DNA of 64,000 bases, taken from assembly GCA_963728205.1 (NCBI GenBank), contig CAVSIV010000006.1, forward strand, positions 384,001-448,000, read 5' to 3'. Made by a program: the position numbers and the translations under genes. The notes below the pieces were generated by a model. It was not told the origin of the DNA and did no database searches. It was given only the letters and a program-made list of their open reading frames with translations. Shown one piece after another: positions 57,246-64,000 of the stretch. This DNA comes from an uncultured Chloroflexia bacterium (GTDB lineage: Bacteria > Chloroflexota > Dehalococcoidia > UBA2979). Position 1 is the first letter of the stretch; every line of letters starts with the position of its first letter.

Positions 57246-59916
57246 TCACAGCCCGCCGCCCCATGCCACCACCAGCCGCGAGCCGTCGGCGCTCCAGCGC
57301 AGGGTCGACGGGCTCGTGTCCGTGTCGACCAGCACGCGGTCGTCGCCCGTCGCGAGGTCGAGCACGTGGACGGAGGCGTCGGTCACGTACGCGAGCCGCA
57401 TGCCGTCGGGCGACCACCTGACGACGTGGGACCCGAGGCAGCGCGGTTGCGTGAGCAGCGGGTGGTCGATGTACCCCGACGAGCACGGCGGCGGCAGCGT
57501 GCCGTCCCAGGATGTGGCGACCGCCGCGAGACCGACCGGCGTCCACGTCACAATCGCCCCCGGCCACCGCCCACGCCCGACGATCGCACCGGTCGCGGCG
57601 TCGAGCGCGACCGTCTCGCCCACGCTCCCATCCACCGCGCCGGCCCCCGGCGCGAGCAGCAGCCGTCCGGTCTCGTCGAGTCGCAGGTCGCCCTGCTGTG
57701 CGAGGCCCGACGCGAGGACCTGCACCGCGCCCGTCGCCGCATCCATCGTGACGACGTCGCCGCCGCCCAGGAACGCGAAGCGGTCGCCGGACAGCCACAC
57801 CGGCGGTGCGGTGAGCCGCGCCGGCGGCCCGCCCGCAGCCGCGACCAGGTACTCGCCGCCCGCGTCGCCGCCGGGCTGGCCGCCGTAGTCGTGGTACGCG
57901 ATGAAGCGTCCCGAGGACGACCAGGACGGCGGTGCGCTGCCGTCGCACTGGCAGGGATCGACATTGGTGGCCACGACCGTCTGCACGCCGGTTGCAATCT
58001 CGAGGACGGTCAGCGCACCGGCGTTCGTCACACGGTCGACGGCGTAATAGGCGACGCGGTCGCCGCTCGGCGAGAACGTCGGAAGGGCGTTGCGACCGGC
58101 CAGCACGCGACGGACATCGCCCCGCGCTACCACGAGCGTGCCGTCCGAGCGCCTGTAGTACGCGCGGCTCTGCGCGTCGCGCGACTCCACGACGCCGGCC
58201 GCGCCGGGGATCGTCGCGAGCGCAGTCCCGTCGAGCGCGTAGCGCGTCGCGCCCTCCGTGCTGCTGGTGCTGATCCAGATCGCGTCGCGGGCGGGGACGA
58301 GGTCGGGGTAGAAGGCGTTCGAGAGGTAGTAGGGGCCGGGGCCGTCGTAGAGCACGTCGTGCGCGCCGGTACCAACATTGACGGACCACACGGCCACGTT
58401 CTGCGTGACAGGAACCGGCGTGAGCGACGGGCTGGAGGACGCCGAGCGGTCGGGCGGCGCGTCGAGCCCGGTGCCCCACGAGATGAGCACGTGCGCGCCG
58501 GCGGGATCCCACGACAGGTGCGCGCTGTGCGCGGGCATGTCGATGCGGCGCTCGTCGCCGGTCGCAACGTCGCGGATGCGGACGTCGCCCTCCTCGCCGA
58601 ACGCGAGCCGCGTCCCGTCCGGGGACCACGCGAGCGGCGGGAGCGCCTGGTGCGCGTCGATCCTCGTCGACCGCGCCCGTCGCCGTGTCCACCAGCGTGA
58701 TCGCGAGCGACCGGGAGAACGCGACGTAGCGCCCGTCCGGAGACCATGTCGCCCTTCCGCCGCCGACGCAGACGGGTTCGGGGAGAGTCGGGGCTTCGAC
58801 GCGACCGGTGGCGCACGGATCCTTCGAGACGGAATCGCTCGCGACAGAGGCACGATCGGGGTGGCCGGGCGCGACCGTCGCCTCGCCGTCCCACTGCCGC
58901 ACGACCGCGCCACTCTGCGAGTCGAAGACGGTCGTCGTGCGTCCGGCGGCTGCGCGGTTCGTGACAATCACGACGCCCGAGGGATCGACGGACAAGGACG
59001 GGCCGACGACGGACGTCGCAAGCGTGCGCTCGGCGCCGGTCGCAGCATCCCGCAGCAGCACATGCCCGTCCCGCAGGACCGCCAGTCGATCGGTGCCCGG
59101 GATCCAGTCGAGCTGGCCGCCCGGTCCCGCCACGCGCGTCGGCGCGGCGCCGGGCGCGGCGAGCGACACCAGGTAGCTGCCGGCGGTGCTCTGCCCTGGC
59201 ACGCCACAGTCGCCGTCAAGCAAGTAGGCGCCGGACGACGACCACCTCGGCGCCACCAGTCCGATCTCCGAGGAGCACGAACCGATGCCCTGCTGGTAAG
59301 TGGTGCGCTCGCCGCTCGCGACGTCGAGGACGATGAGCGAGTACGTGCGGCTGACGAGGTTCTCCTGGAAGAACGCGAGCCGCGTGCCGTCGGGGGAGAA
59401 CGACGGCGCCGTGTCGGGGCCCTCGATCTGCCGCTGCACCTCGCCGCGCTCGACCACGAGGGTCGTGCCGGCATCGGTGAAGTACGCGCGGCTGCGGCCG
59501 TCGGCGGACTCGATCACGCTCGTGGCGTCGCGGATCACTGTCTGAGCCTCGCCGTCAGGGCCGAAGCGCGTCGCGGGCCCGCCCGGGGGGCTCAGCCACA
59601 CCGCGTCGCCGCGCGGGACGAACGTGGGAGCGAAGCGGGCGATGCGGAGGGGGCGCTCGCCCTGGTAGAGGAGGGCGTGCTCGCCGGTGGCGGCGTCCGC
59701 GACCCAGACGCCGACCGCGGGGAACTCCGCCGAGGCCGTGCCGGCCGGCGTGGCGGTGGCGGCGGGCGGCGCCGTCGCGGAGACGGCCGGCGCGGCGGTC
59801 GCACTCGCGCTCGGTGCCGCGGGCGCGCGCGGGCCGGCCAGCACGACGACGGCGATCGCCGTCGCGAGCGCGAGACCGACCGCGAGAGCCGCGGCGGCGG
59901 GCCAGGCGGACCGCAT
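57246..59916 (-). CDS. TM-anchored double beta-propeller protein (frameshift near 58675)
   Basis: Two homologous halves (VW...TG.H..LY.G, ES.D..SRAY, P.FSP.G.R.A, WSSSG). Confidence 0.75.
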
Positions 59917-60659
59917 CAACGGCGCTCGACGCGAGCCGCGCACGCCCCCGCCGGCTCCGCGACCGTCGCGCCCGCAGGCACGGGCGACGCGAACAGCGCG
60001 GGGTCGATCGCGACGCCCTGCTCGAACCGCGTGACCGTCTCGGAGAGGGACGGCCCGCCGTCCGCCGGGTCGAACCTCGCGCGCAGGATCACCATCGTCT
60101 CCGGGTCGACCCAGAGCCGGCCCACCCCGGATCCAACCACCAGGTGCGGCCCCGGTGGCGGGCCATGCACCAGGCCGACGTCCGCGGTCGCGCGGTACTC
60201 GAGGACGTCGACCGCGCGGCCGAGCATGCGGTCGTGGCCGACGACGCGCAGCGCGCCGGCGGCGGCCGGCCAGTGGTCGATGAGGGACCGCACGTTCGGC
60301 GCCGCGACCGGCCCGATCGGAAGCAGGAACGCCGGCGCGCGGATGGTGCGGGCGGAGGTCTGCGCAGGAACGCACGTGTATGCCGGGACGCCGCCCGCCA
60401 CGGAGGTCCACTCGGTCGTGCCGTCGTCGACGTACGTGCGCGCGCCGACGGGCGCGGCCGAGCCGACCTCCCAGCGCCAGCGGTCGTTCGACTGGTACCA
60501 CCAGCGGAAGGTCGACCCCATCTCGAGGTAGAACGGCGCGCCCGCGGCGCGCGGCGTCGCGCGGGCGCCCGGGTCGAGCAGCACGACCACCGCCACGGCG
60601 GCGGCGAGCGCGAGGCCGCCGGCGAGGGCGAGCGCGGCGCGACGAGTGAATGACGTCAC
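59916..60659 (-). CDS. Stand-alone LolA-like protein, third paralogue
   Basis: PFYLE..RWWYQS..RWRWE, LPIGP, MLGRAVDVLEY, RLWVD..VILR; leader contains TRRAAL. Confidence 0.72.
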   Translation of the reverse strand: MTSFTRRAALALAGGLALAAAVAVVVLLDPGARATPRAAGAPFYLEMGSTFRWWYQSNDRWRWEVGSAAPVGARTYVDDGTTEWTSVAGGVPAYTCVPAQTSARTIRAPAFLLPIGPVAAPNVRSLIDHWPAAAGALRVVGHDRMLGRAVDVLEYRATADVGLVHGPPPGPHLVVGSGVGRLWVDPETMVILRARFDPADGGPSLSETVTRFEQGVAIDPALFASPVPAGATVAEPAGACAARVERR

Positions 60660-60946
60660 GTGTGCACCGTCGGATCCCCGGGCCGCCGCATCGAGGCGGC
60701 TCGCAGCAGCACCGTCATCGCGTCCCCGACTCCGCCCGGCGCGGCGCAACCATCGCGCGATCGGCGCGCTGTGTCACCCCCGTGCGCGAGCGAATCTGAG
60801 CCGCTCGACCGCAGGCTTCGCCGCAGCCTGCGAACGCACTGCCCACGCCCTTCACATGCTGCACACGCGCATTGATATCCCCGGTCGAACGGCGTAGGAA
60901 GGACGAGCATCTCGACGCCCCGGTTGGGGAAGGGTGGGGGACGACA

Positions 60947-61652
60947 ATGAAGGCAGCTCATCTCGCGGCGCGACGCGCCGTCGGCGTCCGGCGACTGTGG
61001 GTGCCGGGCACGGTGCTGGCGCTGCTCCTGGCGGCGCTCATGCTCACCGCCGGCACGGCGGCGGCGGACGGGCACGACACGCACGGCCTGCGCCTCGGCG
61101 ATCGCTCGCAGCCGACCGCCTGCAACGGCCCCGGCACCTCGCTCGTCGTGTCCGTGACGTACCGGTTCGTCAACGACTACGACTCGGCGGTCGGCGGCAC
61201 GGCGTGGGCGAACGACAGCATCCACCGCCAGCTGAAGAATCTGGCAGGAGGCCGATGGCAGCTACTGCGCGGTCGTCCGCGACACCGGCTCGTTCACGAC
61301 CTTCGCCGGCCCGAGCCCGCAGGGGACCGGGACGGTCGAGGCCGGCATCACCGGCAACACCGAGGGCGGGTACGTCGCGACGATCCAGGGCACCTTCGCG
61401 CCGGGCGTCTACGCGACGCACGGCAACCTCGGGACGTTCGACCTGCAGTGCACGAGCGCATCCGCGTGCCCGGGCGCGCACCCGTCGTTCCTGAGCTACT
61501 TCGCGGCAGGCGCGACGTACGACCTGCCGACGTGGGGCTGGATCTACCGCACGCCGCGCAACGGCACGTGGGTGAACCAGGCGACCGGGAACGTGGGCGA
61601 CATCACGGGCGCCGCGGGACCGTCGGGACACCACGAGGGGCACGACCACTAG
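60947..61652 (+). CDS. Secreted hypothetical protein (frameshift near 61237)
   Basis: Signal peptide; NDYDS..WAND continues in the next frame as IWQEADGSYCAVVRDTGSF..WGWIY..GDITG. Confidence 0.65.
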
Positions 61653-61678
61653 TCGCGCGATCACGCTCCAGGCAATCC

Positions 61679-61715
61679 GAGAGGCCCGGTGAGCCGGAAC
61701 GGCCCCGGGCCTCTC
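61679..61715 (+). terminator. 11-bp stem-loop
   Basis: gagaggcccgg/ccgggcctctc. Confidence 0.55.
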
Positions 61716-61767
61716 GCCGTTCTCTGAGTGACGCACTCCGGCGCCGAGCACCGGCAGGGGCCGTGCG

Positions 61768-63204
61768 ATGTCCCGTCTCGCGATACGCGTATCGCTCGTC
61801 CCGCTGATCCTCCTGGCCGCAGCCTGCACCAGGGGGCCCACCGCGACGTCGACTCCTTCGCCCCCTCCCGCGCCAACTGCTGCCGGCACCACCGGCGTGT
61901 CGCCGTCGCCGTCTTCGTCCCCGTCCGCGTCCGCGTCCGGCGTGGCGTCGACGCAGCCGCCCACGCGCGCCACTCCAGCGCCGACGCCGACCCCGGGCGC
62001 GGAGAACGGGCTGCTCCTCGTCGACGCCGACACGCTCGCCGTGCACATGCTCTTCGAGGGCGACGGAGCGGCCGTCGCGATCCGCTTCGCCGACGACGGC
62101 AGCGCCTGGATACGCACGCCGAGCCACCAGTACGTGCGCTTCGGGCCGGACGGGACGCGCGTCGAGGAGAGCGACACCTACCCGGCGCCGGCCCCCGCGA
62201 CACCGGCGCCGACGTGTCAGCAGACTCAGCCCGGCGACCTGCACGCCACGATCGACGGCGTCGCCTACCACGCGAACTGCGGGTCGTTCTCCGCGGGCGG
62301 CGCGCACATGCTCTACAACGTCGACCTCGTGCCGAACGCGGCGAGCACCATCCATGGCGCGTACGAGAACTGGGTGCTCGACCTCGCCACGGGCGCCACC
62401 ACCCGCGTCGACGCCACCCTCCACCATTGCGGCGGCTGCGACCTCCGCGAAGGCCCGAGCTGGTCGCCGTCCGGTCGCTACCTGATCGTCACCGAGACCG
62501 GCGGCCACGCGGTCTACCTCTACGACGCCGAGCGCCGCACGACGCGCCTGCTCGGCGACGGCCACGGGATGGGCGGCTTCCTGCGCACGCCGTCGTGGTC
62601 ACCCGACGGCGATCGTCTGCTCTACCCCGACGGCGCGAACGGCACGGTGCTGGAGGACCTCGACCGCGGCACCGTCATCGACATCCCCGCGGTGGCGTGG
62701 CCCGCGGGCTGGGCATGGCAGACCCCGTCGCTGATCTACTCGCCCATGGACCCGGGCATGGCGGAGCAGACCACGGTGGCCGACCCGGTGACGGGCGCGG
62801 TCCTGGGGCGCTGGGCGGGGAGCGCGGTGCGCGGCGTGTTCTTCGACGCGCGTCTCGACGAGCGGGGCATCGCTCGCTACCGGGGGCAGCCCGCCGCGCT
62901 GCTCTCGGGAGCGCCGGACTGCGGCGGGATCCGTGTCGAGCACCCGCTCGTCGGGCCGGACGGCCTCTGCCTCCGCGACGCGCACGGCGCCGTCTTCTCC
63001 CCCGACGCGACGCAGGTGGCGTTCGCGCGCTTCGCGTCGAGCGCCTCGCGGGCGGCGTGGGAGATCGCGGTCGTCGATCTCGCGACCGGCGCGGAGCGGA
63101 CGGTGCCGCACGCGCCGATCGAGACGGACGTGCAGCCGCCGCTGGTGCGGTGGTCGCCGACGGGAGCGACGATTCTCGTGGAGTGGCCGGCGCCGGGGTT
63201 GTAG
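61768..63204 (+). CDS. TolB-like propeller lipoprotein
   Basis: LAAAC lipobox, Ser/Pro/Thr linker, WSPSG/WSPDG/FSPD blades. Confidence 0.8.
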   Translation: MSRLAIRVSLVPLILLAAACTRGPTATSTPSPPPAPTAAGTTGVSPSPSSSPSASASGVASTQPPTRATPAPTPTPGAENGLLLVDADTLAVHMLFEGDGAAVAIRFADDGSAWIRTPSHQYVRFGPDGTRVEESDTYPAPAPATPAPTCQQTQPGDLHATIDGVAYHANCGSFSAGGAHMLYNVDLVPNAASTIHGAYENWVLDLATGATTRVDATLHHCGGCDLREGPSWSPSGRYLIVTETGGHAVYLYDAERRTTRLLGDGHGMGGFLRTPSWSPDGDRLLYPDGANGTVLEDLDRGTVIDIPAVAWPAGWAWQTPSLIYSPMDPGMAEQTTVADPVTGAVLGRWAGSAVRGVFFDARLDERGIARYRGQPAALLSGAPDCGGIRVEHPLVGPDGLCLRDAHGAVFSPDATQVAFARFASSASRAAWEIAVVDLATGAERTVPHAPIETDVQPPLVRWSPTGATILVEWPAPGL

Positions 63205-63271
63205 GCCCTCGGCCGGCGCCCCCACGAGTGCAGGGCGCCTCGGGGGCGCCGTGCGCGCATGAACGTCACCC

Positions 63272-63361
63272 AAAGCGGCGGCAGATATGCCGCCGACAGA
63301 AGCGCGGCGCCAGCCGCGGACTGCGTCCGCGTCCTGTCGGCGGCGTATCTGCCGCCGCTTT
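63272..63361. repeat. Inverted doublet of the REP-like unit
   Basis: aaagcggcggcagatatgccgccgacag...ctgtcggcggcgtatctgccgccgcttt. Confidence 0.85.
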
Positions 63362-63480
63362 GACTTTCCGACGAGGCTTGCGGGTGACACGGCGGGCACC
63401 GCGGTCTACGGTCGCGACCGGAGCAGCGAACTCGAGCGCGACGTCCGGGGCCGGCGGCCGTCGAGGAAGCGTGGTCCTCG

Positions 63481-64000
63481 ATGCACACCTCTCGCCTCGG
63501 GATCCAGGCGGCGGCCGTCGTGGCGGCCGCGCTCCTCGCCCTCGCGGCCGTGACCGTCGCGCGGGCGCAGGCCACCACGCCGGCGCCGCCGCAGCCCGGC
63601 GACATCGCCTGGGCCTTCGCGCCGGAGAACCCGCTGTTCGACGACCGTGTCGCCGCGGCGCTCGGCACGCTGATGGAGCCGTCGATCCGCGCCGCGACCC
63701 CCTCCGGCGCGCGCATCGTGCGGCTCGAGCCGAACGGCCCCGACGTCGTGCCGGCGGCGGTCTATCCCGACACAGAGGTGCCGAAGCTCCTCGCCGCCGC
63801 CGGCTTCGGGGACCGGCCGCCGTTCGTCGAGGTGGGGCAGTGCCACGTGTGGGTCGCGCCGGTGCCGGCGGGCGTGACGCCCGCCGTGACGCCCGCCGTC
63901 GCCGCGCCAATCGTCGTCGCCGCGCTGCACGACGCGCTCGCCTCGCTTGGCGTGCCGACGACCGCGTGCGCGGAGACGAGCGACCCGGCGCACGCACAGC
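63481..64000 (+). CDS. Secreted hypothetical protein (partial, runs off the window)
   Basis: MHTSRLGIQAAAVVAAALLALAAVTVARA signal peptide; frame open to the window end. Confidence 0.6.
   Translation, partial: MHTSRLGIQAAAVVAAALLALAAVTVARAQATTPAPPQPGDIAWAFAPENPLFDDRVAAALGTLMEPSIRAATPSGARIVRLEPNGPDVVPAAVYPDTEVPKLLAAAGFGDRPPFVEVGQCHVWVAPVPAGVTPAVTPAVAAPIVVAALHDALASLGVPTTACAETSDPAHAQ

Noticed and set aside
1-64000. Prophage, integron, IS element, tRNA or rRNA
   Set aside because: I recognised no integrase, transposase, phage structural gene, attC-like periodicity or RNA gene signature by eye.

Overview
Very GC-rich (roughly 75%, estimated by eye) bacterial chromosomal window with no rRNA, tRNA, CRISPR array, integrase or transposase that I can see. 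Gene content (tandem CaiB CoA-transferase, amidohydrolase-2, BVMO, LuxR-HTH/TM fusions, many Pro/Thr-linker propeller lipoproteins) suggests a Chloroflexota/Dehalococcoidia-like organism, which is inference only. From left to right: an alkylation/DNA-damage module (Ada-AlkA, Ogt, WYL regulator with two visible operators); TetR and two-component loci; a 47-bp palindromic tandem array whose unit recurs elsewhere; an ECF sigma/anti-sigma locus with two identical divergent promoters; two membrane-anchored LuxR-HTH proteins, one with LysM domains; a small secreted peptide built from 11-aa repeats; five toxin-antitoxin modules or orphan antitoxins; catabolic enzymes; an S53 protease; and a roughly 28-kb region dense in paralogous lipoproteins, beta-propellers and LolA-like proteins. 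Many genes carry single-base frameshifts, probably in large part sequencing or assembly errors, so several long ORFs in the supplied track are false fusions or GC shadow frames.
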